Shown here piece after piece: positions 7,934-17,357 of a stretch of 64,000 nucleotides of DNA. This stretch comes from a virus (Duplodnaviria; Caudoviricetes), in the IMG/VR virus record IMGVR_UViG_3300025009_000098, positions 1,169 through 65,168 of that record. One strand, given 5' to 3'. The notes beneath the pieces are model-generated. The model was not told the origin of the DNA. It worked only from the letters and a program-made list of their open reading frames with translations, and made no database searches. A program made the translations under genes and the position numbers. Positions within the stretch are counted from its first letter, which is position 1. The number at the start of each line of letters is the position of its first letter.

Positions 7934-8152
7934 GCCAGGGCGCAGCTCGTGCATAGCCAGGGCGCAGCTCGTGCATAGCCAGGGCGCAGCTCGTGCATAG
8001 CCAGGGCGCAGCTCGTGCATAGCCAGGGCGCAGCTCGTGCATAGCCAGGGCGCAGCTCGTGCATAGCCAGGGCGCAGCTCGTGCATAGCCAGGGCGCAGC
8101 TCGTGCATAGCCAGGGCGCAGCTCGTGCATAGCCAGGGCGCAGCTCGTGCAT
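7934..8152. repeat. tandem array of 10 x 22 bp GCCAGGGCGCAGCTCGTGCATA
   Basis: Nine perfect units plus a 21-nt tenth, read directly; no spacers. Confidence 0.97.
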
Positions 8153-8216
8153 GTATGCTCTACGCTCTCCGGCCTGGGATCGTCGGCGCTCGGTTGCCTG
8201 GCCGAAGGCGCGTAGC

Positions 8217-8289
8217 GGGGAGGGGCATAGGGGCGGGGGTAGGGAGAGATTCCAGGAGGGGCGGCAGGGGGGCAGGAGGGGAGGGAGGG
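8217..8289 (+). other. G-tract cluster (two potential G-quadruplex motifs)
   Basis: Ten runs of G3-G6 within 73 nt. Confidence 0.6.
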
Positions 8290-8504
8290 CCACATTCACT
8301 CATGCACGCTCTCACACCAAAGACCTCAGAGCCTCCATTTTTTGTTACGTACCTAACATTCCCCAGTAATCCCAGCTACTTACCCCCCAAAACCCTAACA
8401 ACCTCCGCCAAAAATCCTACCACAAAATTAGTCACCCCAAACACCCAAAAGCCTAACAACGCAGCAATCCCCTACAGAAGTATCACCCATCTACACTTTT
8501 TTAC

Positions 8505-8533
8505 TTGCATTTCCTGCATAAAAACGCTACGAC
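8505..8533 (+). promoter_or_regulatory. putative late-arm promoter
   Basis: TTGCAT-N17-TACGAC, 7 nt before ATG 8541. Confidence 0.45.
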
Positions 8534-8540
8534 CTTTAGT

Positions 8541-9077
8541 ATGAGCCTCGCAGACTACAACCCCAAGTTAGAAGATGATCTCTCCGACCTCCTCAGCGTG
8601 GAGTACGACGAGTCTCCCACCGTGGATTACGACACCAACCGCGACCTGACCCTTACCGGCTCAGTCTCCAACCGCAGTCATCACCGAAAAGAACAAGCCT
8701 CCGCCAACCAGTGGGACCCCAGGCTCATCCTCGATCTCGCCCTCGGCATTGAGGACACCCGGGATATCCTCACCAGGTACGGCCTCACTGACAACGACTA
8801 TATCGTCCTCTGTGGCTCCCGGGTGTTCAGACAGGAGCTGGCGGTCACCATCCGCGACGTCCATGAGAACGGGTTGCCTTTCAGGGCGAAAGCCCGGGTA
8901 CAGGCTGAGGCATACCTGGAGGTGATCAACGACCTGGTTTACAATGAGACCACGCCGGCCACGACGAAACTCGAGGCGATCAGGTCGACGGTGCGCTGGG
9001 CCAACCTGGAGCCCAAGGAAGACAAGAGCGAGAGCGGCAACACCCAAGCTCAAATTAATGTTTCAATCAATTTCTAA
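8541..9077 (+). CDS. putative terminase small subunit
   Basis: First gene of the structural arm next to the repeat region; helical protein ending in QINVSINF, a C-terminal pattern common in TerS. Confidence 0.55.
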   Translation: MSLADYNPKLEDDLSDLLSVEYDESPTVDYDTNRDLTLTGSVSNRSHHRKEQASANQWDPRLILDLALGIEDTRDILTRYGLTDNDYIVLCGSRVFRQELAVTIRDVHENGLPFRAKARVQAEAYLEVINDLVYNETTPATTKLEAIRSTVRWANLEPKEDKSESGNTQAQINVSINF

Positions 9078-9089
9078 GGAGCCCACCCC

Positions 9090-9413
9090 ATGCCAGTAGG
9101 ATACCCCCTCACCCCGCAAACAACCGCAGCCACCTCGGAAGTCATCGACTTAACCCGTGACCCGTTCCCGAAGACCATCTACGCCGTCGGGCCCTTTGGA
9201 GCAAACACCATCGCCGTCAATGTCGTCACCGCAGTCGATGCCAACGGCGATGCCTCGGCTGTTCTGCCCCTCTACGACGACACCGGCGCCGCGGTAACCA
9301 TCACCGCCACCTCCCAGCCGTTGATGGTCGAGAGCCCGGTCCTGCTGCAGTTCGTCAAGACTGAGAGCGTGGGGGCCACCATCGGCGTCGCCCTGGTGGA
9401 AAAAGGCCAATGA
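9090..9413 (+). CDS. small beta-rich protein, likely virion-associated
   Basis: TAAGGAG RBS; T/V/A-rich. Confidence 0.6.
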   Translation: MPVGYPLTPQTTAATSEVIDLTRDPFPKTIYAVGPFGANTIAVNVVTAVDANGDASAVLPLYDDTGAAVTITATSQPLMVESPVLLQFVKTESVGATIGVALVEKGQ

Positions 9414-11632
9414 GCACCGTCACCAGGAACATCTTCAAGTCCATCTGCGGCAGGACCGGCAGGGGAGTGACCGGCGGAGCAGACCGGCCGTTCTGGGCGC
9501 AGGACCTGCAGACCGGCACCCTCCTGGCGTATTACAAGGGAGACATCGTAGGCGGCCGCCTCCAAGCCTACCGCCCACTCGGGTCAGCCACTCCCCAGGT
9601 CAAAGGCAGCTTATTCAGCGTAGCCGTCCCCGAAGGTGTGCCCTACACCGGCCTGCTCACGACAGACGTAATCACCGCAAGCGGCACTGCCCCAACCTGC
9701 GCGGTAGATGGAACCCTGAGCATGACCGCGAACTTTTGGGATATGTCCATCCATCGGGACGGAGCGCTCTGGGCGTACCTGCCGGGGATAAATATCGGCG
9801 CTACGTTTGAGTTGGATGCGAGCGGGAATGGGCATCACCTGTACCTTACGACTACGACGATTGTCGAGGTGGTTGATGGCACTGGGACGAACTGGTGCAA
9901 TGAGATGGGATTCGCTGTGGCTGATGGGTCGCAGTATCTCAGTGATACTGATGGTGGCGTGATATTGCCAGGAAGCAGAATCCCAGTATTAATTGATGGT
10001 TCTGGTTGTGCTTCATATTCCATCACAGCAGGGGATATCCCGGAGGAAGTTGTAAGCCTGTGGAATGCTTCTACGCCTACAGCCTCTGTTTCTGGTCCTG
10101 CCCCTGAATACTCATCAGCCTCCCAGCAGCCCGACGCCAACGGCAATCTCGTTGACTGGCCGAATTACATCGCTACACGCGGAGTCGAGGTTCACCCTGC
10201 TTATACTCAGCTAGCCCAGAATAGCAAACTTCTTAACGCGGTAGCAGGCTCGCCCGGCACCGGCCCGGATAACTGGACATACACAGTAGTTGATACTCCA
10301 TCCCTCGCAGTCACGGCCAGGACAGTAGGCAATTCCCTGACGTTCAGCGGCACAGCATCGCGGGGATATCTCAGTATGACGCAGGCAATGGCTGCTCTGT
10401 CAGTCTACACGTTCTCGTTCAATGCGATCTGCGACGGTGTTCTACAGATTGACGAGATTCAGTATTGCTCGCTCACTGGCGGAACTATCGTTGTCTCAAT
10501 GGACGGGGTTGTCGTTGCTGATGAGAATGCTGTACCATCTGCCGGGGTTCATGCGTTCTCAATCAAGGTTACAGCCGGGGCCGTAGGTGATACTGCTGCT
10601 TTCAGGTTTGGCCTTGGCGCGAGTGCTGTAGCGACCGGGACTGTAACGGTCTATGAGCCTCAACTTGTCCTCGGGGCCTACGTTCTGCCGTATGCGGCAA
10701 GTGGAGTGGGCGCGACTGTTGCCACTGCCTCCACAGCAGCCACCAGCGCGGGTAATGGCCTGGCTATCCCGCTGGATGCGAGGATGAGGGAGTGCCTTGA
10801 GAGGTCAGTGACTGATGGGATGGAGTTGATACCTAATGGTGATTTCTCTGCAGGGCTTACTGGGGGATGGACTACATCGAACTGGAGTGTAGTGGCTGGA
10901 GTAGCCATAGGAGGTAATGGAGGGGCTCTACTTACTACGAGTGCTTTTGCCGCGCAAGTTGGAAAAGCATATCTTGTAAATTTTACTGTTCTGGCAACCC
11001 AGTATCTAAACGTCAGTGTAGGTGGGGTCTCACAAGTTTATTATGCTCCTACTGTTGTGAGTAAAGTAGTTGTTGCTACATCTACAGCGGGGATAACTTT
11101 TACCCCGGGCGGGGCGATTCCCTCCCAAATCGACAACATCTCCATCCAGCGTCTCGCCCCCAGTGTATTCACAGCAGCAGCATTGTGCTGGATGGGAGTG
11201 GGGAATGCTGATCTTCCAGCAGGAGTGTCAACGACAGTTCCTGTCCTAACTCTGAGAGACACCACGACAGGTCCGAGCTTTTGTCAGCAATCCTCTGGTG
11301 GACTTGGTAGTTCTCAACGAGCATTGGATGGAACTACAGAGACAGCTATTTTTCAATCTTGGAACCGTGGAGAAGTCCACCTCAAGGTAGTTCAGACCAA
11401 CGCCCTCGGCACACAGTTCCGAGTAGGCAATCGCCGATATACCAGCGCAATGGTGCCGATAGATGCGCTGACCTGGGATGTATGGGCAAACTATGATGGC
11501 AGCATGAATCCACTGACTCACTTGAGGTTCGGGTATACCAGCACAGTGCCTCTAGGATTCTTGCAGACTCAGGTGTGGAATAAGAGTTGCGCTGATGCTG
11601 AAATCCTCAACTTGTTGAGGTACGCATCATGA
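9410..11632 (+). CDS. tail fibre/adhesin-like protein with carbohydrate-binding-like modules
   Basis: 740 aa, G/T/A/S-rich; DASGNGHHL and ELIPNGDFSAGLTGGW motifs typical of lectin/CBM-containing phage fibres. Confidence 0.65.
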   Translation: MSTVTRNIFKSICGRTGRGVTGGADRPFWAQDLQTGTLLAYYKGDIVGGRLQAYRPLGSATPQVKGSLFSVAVPEGVPYTGLLTTDVITASGTAPTCAVDGTLSMTANFWDMSIHRDGALWAYLPGINIGATFELDASGNGHHLYLTTTTIVEVVDGTGTNWCNEMGFAVADGSQYLSDTDGGVILPGSRIPVLIDGSGCASYSITAGDIPEEVVSLWNASTPTASVSGPAPEYSSASQQPDANGNLVDWPNYIATRGVEVHPAYTQLAQNSKLLNAVAGSPGTGPDNWTYTVVDTPSLAVTARTVGNSLTFSGTASRGYLSMTQAMAALSVYTFSFNAICDGVLQIDEIQYCSLTGGTIVVSMDGVVVADENAVPSAGVHAFSIKVTAGAVGDTAAFRFGLGASAVATGTVTVYEPQLVLGAYVLPYAASGVGATVATASTAATSAGNGLAIPLDARMRECLERSVTDGMELIPNGDFSAGLTGGWTTSNWSVVAGVAIGGNGGALLTTSAFAAQVGKAYLVNFTVLATQYLNVSVGGVSQVYYAPTVVSKVVVATSTAGITFTPGGAIPSQIDNISIQRLAPSVFTAAALCWMGVGNADLPAGVSTTVPVLTLRDTTTGPSFCQQSSGGLGSSQRALDGTTETAIFQSWNRGEVHLKVVQTNALGTQFRVGNRRYTSAMVPIDALTWDVWANYDGSMNPLTHLRFGYTSTVPLGFLQTQVWNKSCADAEILNLLRYAS

Positions 11633-12156
11633 GCCCAGAACTCAACAGAGGTAAACTGATCCGGGGATATTTCATCGTCAACCCAAACAAGCCCGACCGT
11701 CTATTCGGGGCGAGGTGGCTGCACTCATGGCCCTGCGGCACCTTCGTCAATGCTCAAGGCACCCTCAAGGGTGTGACGTTCTTCATGTTCTACGAGGACG
11801 AACTGAACGACCAGGCTGACGGCAGATTTAAGGAGTCCCTGGACATCGACATGCAGATGGCAGATACCATCCCGGCAGATGAGATACTGGGGGATCTGGT
11901 CAAGCGTATCCCACTCTCTGCTGCCAAGATTGCCAAACTCGACCCGCAGCAACAACTGATCATCGCTGAGAAGTACCCTACAGGATTTCTGCCCAACAAG
12001 GCTATTGTCACGAGGGACATGATTAAGCTCACTCCGCAATGGCTTGGCAGGACACTGAAGCAGGCGATTAAGGACAGGCCGAATATCTGGCAACCAACCA
12101 CAGTAGATGGGGTCGAGGTTGCGAACGTGTGGAAATGCTCATTGGAGGAACTATGA
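11629..12156 (+). CDS. hypothetical protein (possible fibre chaperone)
   Basis: ATGA-coupled to the fibre-like gene. Confidence 0.65.
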   Translation: MSPELNRGKLIRGYFIVNPNKPDRLFGARWLHSWPCGTFVNAQGTLKGVTFFMFYEDELNDQADGRFKESLDIDMQMADTIPADEILGDLVKRIPLSAAKIAKLDPQQQLIIAEKYPTGFLPNKAIVTRDMIKLTPQWLGRTLKQAIKDRPNIWQPTTVDGVEVANVWKCSLEEL

Positions 12157-12482
12157 TACGATCACCAATAACCACACCCGGCCCCCTCAACGTCTCAGCC
12201 ACCATCACAGCAGGCACCACCTACCCGGATATCACGATCAAGGCCCCCCTCGGCCCGAAGTTTCAGGCAATCACCGGCTTGACGAACAACGCCGCCATAG
12301 ACCTCGCCACGTTTGTCAACACGGATCAGGTGATATTCGGACCACGTGGCGGGTTTATTTACAAAGATGCTGTATCGGCAGCAAAACTGGCGCAGGCTGA
12401 ACAGTATTTAGGGGTTGTCCCTGTACCTCTTGAGATGCCAGATACCTTAGAAATGACCGATACTTTGGAGATGAGAGAATGA
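12153..12482 (+). CDS. hypothetical protein with C-terminal LEM(P/T)DT repeats
   Basis: ATG 12153 with GGAGG RBS; 18-bp unit repeated at 12429-12479. Confidence 0.65.
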   Translation: MIRSPITTPGPLNVSATITAGTTYPDITIKAPLGPKFQAITGLTNNAAIDLATFVNTDQVIFGPRGGFIYKDAVSAAKLAQAEQYLGVVPVPLEMPDTLEMTDTLEMRE

Positions 12483-13792
12483 AAAAATCTATTTTAATAT
12501 TGGCAATATTGCTGCTTACGTCTCCCGCCTTCGCAGCGCAGCAAACCTTGACCGGGGGAATAGGTGCAACACATCAGTGGTCTGTCCAAAAGGGCAGAAT
12601 CAACGACAATTTCACCGAGCTTTACGGCTGGACCGGCCAGGGGTTGACCACTACCAGTTCGCCAGCATTTACAGCAGTCTCCCTCGGAGTTGCCAGCACA
12701 ACGTATGGCACACTTGATCTGTATGGGACGACTTACGCCAATCCGTTTCGACTGTGGACATATGGCGGTGCGGTTCCGAGCGTAGGGTGGCGACTCCCAT
12801 CAACTCTGCCAGCCGGGACGTATTTGATTACATCAACCGTCAACGGATATCTTGACTATCTCGACCCTGCAACATTTCTCACGCCCTCAGGAGTTGGTGG
12901 TGCGCTAACCGTCACGGCAACCGGATTCGATGGCAACCTTGCCACGACTGACAATACAGTGCAGGAGATTGCACAGAAACTTGATGATCTGGTAGCAACA
13001 GGCAGCCCAGCCGACGACACAGCATACAACGCAACCTCATGGGATGCCAATACCGACGCGGCAACGAAGAATGCCATCCGTGACAAAATCGAAACTCTTG
13101 CCGGCGGGCACGATGCTGCAACAATCAACGCCACGGCCAACGGCCTGACCATTACCGGCCAGGAGATTGCCTTGGGCCTCGCATCAACCAGCACGATAGG
13201 GGCGCTGAGTGATACCGACTGGGATACATTTAACAACAAGGTCAGTTACACTCCCGCCACTCCCGGCGCGATAGGCGCGACAACTCCAGCGGCAGGCACG
13301 TTTACGACTGTCACGGCAGCGTCATATGTCTCTAGCGCGGCAGACGGTAGCAGATATACCATCCTGCCGAATAATGCCAGCATTGTCCCACTTGCCGATG
13401 GCTCTGAGCAGATATACAACGAGGGCGGGCAGATCAAGGTGGTAGAGGCCGACCTTGAGGCTGAGATAACAACCACCATTGCATCCGGCATGGTCGAACT
13501 GAATACAACTACCGTTGCAGCTTCTGGAGTGATAGCTGATGATGCATGTCAGCTTCTGGCCTCCGCTCAAACGGCAACAAATGCCCTGGCTGCATCAGAC
13601 GGCGTTGACTTTTATTTCATTGGAGATCCGACCTCAAAACTCGGATTTGCAGCAACCGGAATGTTGACCCTGATCCCCTTTGTCAGCGCAGACAACGCTG
13701 TCCAGGTGCGGGTCTGTAACCAGACAGGGGCCAGTATAACCCTGAACACAGCAGGCAATGGGGCCACGATTAAATGGGCGGTGCGGAGATGA
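12479..13792 (+). CDS. fibre-like protein with N-terminal Sec signal peptide
   Basis: MKKSILILAILLLTSPAFA/A (basic, hydrophobic, AxA); fibre-type segments DDTAYNATSWD and PGAIGATTPAAGTFTT. Confidence 0.7.
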   Translation: MKKSILILAILLLTSPAFAAQQTLTGGIGATHQWSVQKGRINDNFTELYGWTGQGLTTTSSPAFTAVSLGVASTTYGTLDLYGTTYANPFRLWTYGGAVPSVGWRLPSTLPAGTYLITSTVNGYLDYLDPATFLTPSGVGGALTVTATGFDGNLATTDNTVQEIAQKLDDLVATGSPADDTAYNATSWDANTDAATKNAIRDKIETLAGGHDAATINATANGLTITGQEIALGLASTSTIGALSDTDWDTFNNKVSYTPATPGAIGATTPAAGTFTTVTAASYVSSAADGSRYTILPNNASIVPLADGSEQIYNEGGQIKVVEADLEAEITTTIASGMVELNTTTVAASGVIADDACQLLASAQTATNALAASDGVDFYFIGDPTSKLGFAATGMLTLIPFVSADNAVQVRVCNQTGASITLNTAGNGATIKWAVRR

Positions 13793-14373
13793 TTCTCAGA
13801 CTGATTCTTGCCATACTCCTGCTTCCATCTCTGCTCTATGCCGGGCAGGGATGTGGCCCTGGGCCTGGGTTTGCGATGCCTGCTGCGGCCTCGTGCGAGA
13901 CTGTTGAGCAGTCAGCCACTGTAGGGACAAGTGCTACGACCGTAGGCAATGGGACAAATCTCAAACTTTCTCACAGTTTTCTTGCTTCGTCTACCTATAA
14001 TCTGTGTAAAGCCATTTACAAAATGGCCAAGACAGGCTCCCCCACATTCGACATTGCGGTTGAGCTGTGGTCCGATAATGGATCTGCTGTTCCTAATGCT
14101 AAAATCGGAGACCTTGGGACTATAAATGCTGCCGGTCTAGCCTCAGACGCAGCCCCAGAAGATGAGACTTTTACCATAGCCTCACCGATAGCCCTAACCA
14201 GTGGGGTTCGGTATCATGTCATCTTTTCGGCTGCCACGGGCGGCGATGTATCAAATTACGTCAGGGTGTATCGATCGACATCTGGAACTGAGAAGCTTTA
14301 CTTTTGGACTGGTGCATCGTGGGGCACTGCGATAGATGGTAGCTCCACACTATACTACTACCATTATAAGTGA
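13789..14373 (+). CDS. secreted beta-sandwich protein (choice-of-anchor R-like)
   Basis: MILRLILAILLLPSLLYA signal; SHSF...VELWSDNGSAVP...FTIASPIALTSGVRYHVIF. Confidence 0.6.
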   Translation: MILRLILAILLLPSLLYAGQGCGPGPGFAMPAAASCETVEQSATVGTSATTVGNGTNLKLSHSFLASSTYNLCKAIYKMAKTGSPTFDIAVELWSDNGSAVPNAKIGDLGTINAAGLASDAAPEDETFTIASPIALTSGVRYHVIFSAATGGDVSNYVRVYRSTSGTEKLYFWTGASWGTAIDGSSTLYYYHYK

Positions 14374-16145
14374 TTATTATGAAATCCATTTTAATAGTCG
14401 TCCTTCTCCTGCTTAGTTTTACAGAAGCATCGGCAGATTACACTATCCCTAAAGGTATCCCTGACCCTGCCGGTTCTTTTGGCGTATTCGATCCGATTGA
14501 CGACCCTGCGCCTGTGGTCAATGGGGATGGAACAAGTACATATTGTCCGAACTGGCCAAGTGCTGTCTCGACCGCCCCTAATTGCTACTATGTGGATAAA
14601 ACCGCCGTGGGGTGCGACAACGATGACGCTGGCACTCCTGCCGATCCTCGCTGTACTCCACCCGAGGGGACGTTGCAGGCTGGGACATTTGTCTATATCC
14701 ATGCCGGGACATATTTAGCAACAGACTCAGGAGGGCAAACTCTTGACTGGAACGGGGCGGGTACGGCTGAAAGTCCTATATGGATAGTCGGCAACCCAGT
14801 TACAAAACCTATTATCCAAGATCTCGTCGGGATAGGGTGGGGCTACTCTGCATCCTATATAGTGGTTGAGAGTTTGGAGTGGAGCGGATACACAGGAACA
14901 GGGCTATTCTCAATCCGTCCACTGACAGATACCCACAATATAGATCATATTGTTATCCGTAACTGTACTATGACCGGGACAGGGGCAAATACAGATGGGG
15001 GAGCACTTAACATTGGTGCAAGCCAGGACACTGACGAAGCACCTCTCAGCGTTATACAATATATAGTTATATACAATAATACTATCTCAAATATATCCAG
15101 ACTTGCTGCAGATGAGACAGGAGATGATTGCGCTATTTACCACGCATATCATGTTGATAGTGTCTGGACCCTTGGGAACACGATTCACTCTATTCAGGAG
15201 GATGGCATTGCTGGGAGTCACTACAGCGATGCCAGTAGGACTACGACAAATCTCTACATAGGAGGGAATACCCTCTACAATTTTGGTGCAAATGCGATTG
15301 ACCTGAAATCTGTTCAGGGATTCGTCATATCAGAAAACGATATGTCTATGCCAAATGTAAAGTTGGTCGGCCCTGGGGCTACACTGATAATTCACAACGC
15401 TGCCCTCGCGGCACCGAGCACACCTTGCACGGACGGATGGATACTTTTTAATAAATTCCATAACCTATGTGGGGGAGTCGGATTTGTTACGGGATCAGCG
15501 GTGGAGGATATGTATGTTGTTGGTAATGAGTTTTGGGATATTGATACAGACAACTGTGTTGGGGCGGAAGGAACCTATCCTGGCAGAGCGATATTGATAG
15601 CCTCAATGATAGGCAATGGCTGGATTGTTGATAATACTTTTTATGATAACGAATCCCCAATATATATGGAGGGCACGTGGGGTACAGCTAATATCAAAAT
15701 TCACGGCAATATATTCGGTAATATTAATGAGGACGGGTACGATATTAATACCAACACCAGATATACATTAGTTGATATGGATTACAACCAGTTCTATCAT
15801 CCGATAGGCGGCGCAGCAGCAAAAATCTACTGGGACGGCGCAAGCAGAAATCTGGCCTATATGCAGGGTGTTTCTGAATGTACAAACTGCGACGAGGGCG
15901 ACCCGCTTCTTTTCAATCCACCATCAAACCTATCGCTGCAATCCACATCTCCTGCTAAAAATGCCAGCGTTGAGGGGCCGGTGGGTGGGACGGTTTATGA
16001 CCTCTTCTTCGCGACGTATGGGATCAGTATCGAAAAAGATTTCGTCGGCACTGCCAGGCCGATAGACGCATGGGACATCGGAGCCTACGAGTACAACGAG
16101 GCAACCGCCCCGCAATCGCTCGGGACGGTCCTGCTCGGTCAATAA
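14370..16145 (+). CDS. secreted right-handed beta-helix (pectin-lyase-like) protein, C-terminal choice-of-anchor Q-like motif
   Basis: Signal MKSILIVVLLLLSFTEASA; repeated IxNN/GNT strands; LQSTSPAKNA...DFVGTARPIDAWDIGAYEY. Confidence 0.75.
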   Translation: MIIMKSILIVVLLLLSFTEASADYTIPKGIPDPAGSFGVFDPIDDPAPVVNGDGTSTYCPNWPSAVSTAPNCYYVDKTAVGCDNDDAGTPADPRCTPPEGTLQAGTFVYIHAGTYLATDSGGQTLDWNGAGTAESPIWIVGNPVTKPIIQDLVGIGWGYSASYIVVESLEWSGYTGTGLFSIRPLTDTHNIDHIVIRNCTMTGTGANTDGGALNIGASQDTDEAPLSVIQYIVIYNNTISNISRLAADETGDDCAIYHAYHVDSVWTLGNTIHSIQEDGIAGSHYSDASRTTTNLYIGGNTLYNFGANAIDLKSVQGFVISENDMSMPNVKLVGPGATLIIHNAALAAPSTPCTDGWILFNKFHNLCGGVGFVTGSAVEDMYVVGNEFWDIDTDNCVGAEGTYPGRAILIASMIGNGWIVDNTFYDNESPIYMEGTWGTANIKIHGNIFGNINEDGYDINTNTRYTLVDMDYNQFYHPIGGAAAKIYWDGASRNLAYMQGVSECTNCDEGDPLLFNPPSNLSLQSTSPAKNASVEGPVGGTVYDLFFATYGISIEKDFVGTARPIDAWDIGAYEYNEATAPQSLGTVLLGQ

Positions 16146-16157
16146 CAGGAGAAAACC

Positions 16158-16496
16158 ATGAAAAGAACGCTTTGCATCATCGCACTACTTATGATGTCAG
16201 CCTGCACGATGAACCAGCGGGAGACGCACATAAACTTTACAGCCGGGACAAGCCTGAAGGTCGAGGCCAACGGTGCGACCAATGCCACCGAGACAGGCCA
16301 GACCGCAAATGGGGATTTCTCCGGGCTGGTTGATGCGGTGTCGAAGTGGGTCGAGGAAAACATGGCCGGGATAGTCGGCAAGCTGAAAGTTACCGATCTG
16401 GTAGACGAGAGCAAGCTGGTCGAGCCAGAAGCCCTTGACGATAAACCCGCCGCCGTCAGCCCAGCCGGGCAAGGCGAGTTTGAGGAGATTGAATAA
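16158..16496 (+). CDS. lipoprotein
   Basis: MKRTLCIIALLMMSA-C lipobox; AGGAG RBS. Confidence 0.75.
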   Translation: MKRTLCIIALLMMSACTMNQRETHINFTAGTSLKVEANGATNATETGQTANGDFSGLVDAVSKWVEENMAGIVGKLKVTDLVDESKLVEPEALDDKPAAVSPAGQGEFEEIE

Positions 16497-17116
16497 TGGC
16501 TACCTGTCCAACGTGCGGCCAGAAGATACCTGATGTCGTTGTCCCTCAGCCGGGAATAAAACCCTACCCGCTCAAGGTGATTTTCGACAAGACATCCGAC
16601 CAGGGCACGGGTGAATACCATGGTACTTCCTGCCTCCTGCTTGACCCTGGCATGGTAAAGGTTACGCTGAACGGCGAGGTTGCATTCAAAGGTAATCCGT
16701 ACAAAGGCAAGGATGTCTGGCGATTCAAGAAAGTAGGTGATGCCTACCCTAAGCCTTGGAATTTCGTCTTTACCCACTCGACAGGTCAGCAGTATTCATA
16801 TGTGATCAATGAGTCTGGTGGTACTCCTGCAAATCCCGACACGCCGACTGGCGGAAAAACATTGACCGTCAAAAATTCAGGTCAGGCAAATGGGAATAGA
16901 TCACACTTCCGCTTTCCTTCAAAAGTTGCGGTCTATGGAAACTTCAGTTTTTCGTTCGATGGCGGGAAGGTCCACTATGTGACGGCTGAGCAAGTGAAGG
17001 ATGGCAGGCATGAACCTGGCGGCGGGGTGCTCGTAAAGTCTCCGGACAATCGGGGAGGTACAGCTATTCTTGGTGAGTACGGCAAAACATATAAAAGCTG
17101 TACCCTGAAATGGTGA
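16496..17116 (+). CDS. hypothetical two-domain beta protein
   Basis: TAATG coupling; N-terminal CPTC; Pro/Gly linker between two basic beta-rich halves. Confidence 0.7.
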   Translation: MATCPTCGQKIPDVVVPQPGIKPYPLKVIFDKTSDQGTGEYHGTSCLLLDPGMVKVTLNGEVAFKGNPYKGKDVWRFKKVGDAYPKPWNFVFTHSTGQQYSYVINESGGTPANPDTPTGGKTLTVKNSGQANGNRSHFRFPSKVAVYGNFSFSFDGGKVHYVTAEQVKDGRHEPGGGVLVKSPDNRGGTAILGEYGKTYKSCTLKW

Positions 17117-17120
17117 GAAT

Positions 17121-17357
17121 ATGAACGAAGGGCTGTTGACCAAAGGCTACAAATCGACCGACTTCTACCTTGTCGCTGCCGTGGTCCTGCCGTGGGTCTG
17201 CAACCAACTCGGCATCGATGTCGGGGCGCTGCTGCAAGGCGCGGAGCAGATGCGCCAGGAAATAAAAGTGGTGCATGGAGGTTCTGATCTGCCGGTGGTT
17301 GTAGCTGGTGTCTATGTCGTTGTTCGGGGATGGCTGAAACATAAACGGATGGTCTGA
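17121..17357 (+). CDS. putative holin (two TM segments)
   Basis: GYKSTDFYL motif, two hydrophobic segments, basic C-terminus, upstream of lysis enzymes. Confidence 0.55.
   Translation: MNEGLLTKGYKSTDFYLVAAVVLPWVCNQLGIDVGALLQGAEQMRQEIKVVHGGSDLPVVVAGVYVVVRGWLKHKRMV

Noticed and set aside
7934-8152. CRISPR array
   Set aside because: Units are directly adjacent with no unique spacers. The Cas4-like gene at 62079-62780 is a standard phage replication-module nuclease.
5906-8540. tRNA genes in intergenic regions
   Set aside because: No cloverleaf with a T-loop GTTCRA and acceptor stem was seen by eye; tRNAscan-SE would be decisive.
7853-8544. ORFs translated through the 22-bp array (MHELRPGYARAAPWLCTSCALA repeats) and the G-rich tract
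   Set aside because: Open frames are a by-product of a stop-poor repeat; no RBS, and several overlapping frames give the same peptide.
9410-17116. Diversity-generating retroelement acting on fibre genes
   Set aside because: No reverse transcriptase ORF, and I found no TR/VR pair differing at adenines by eye.
16158-17116. Canonical Rz/Rz1 spanin pair
   Set aside because: The lipoprotein is not nested in or downstream of a TM coiled-coil gene, and the following ORF has no TM segment. A spanin role with 19412-19837 cannot be excluded but is unsupported.
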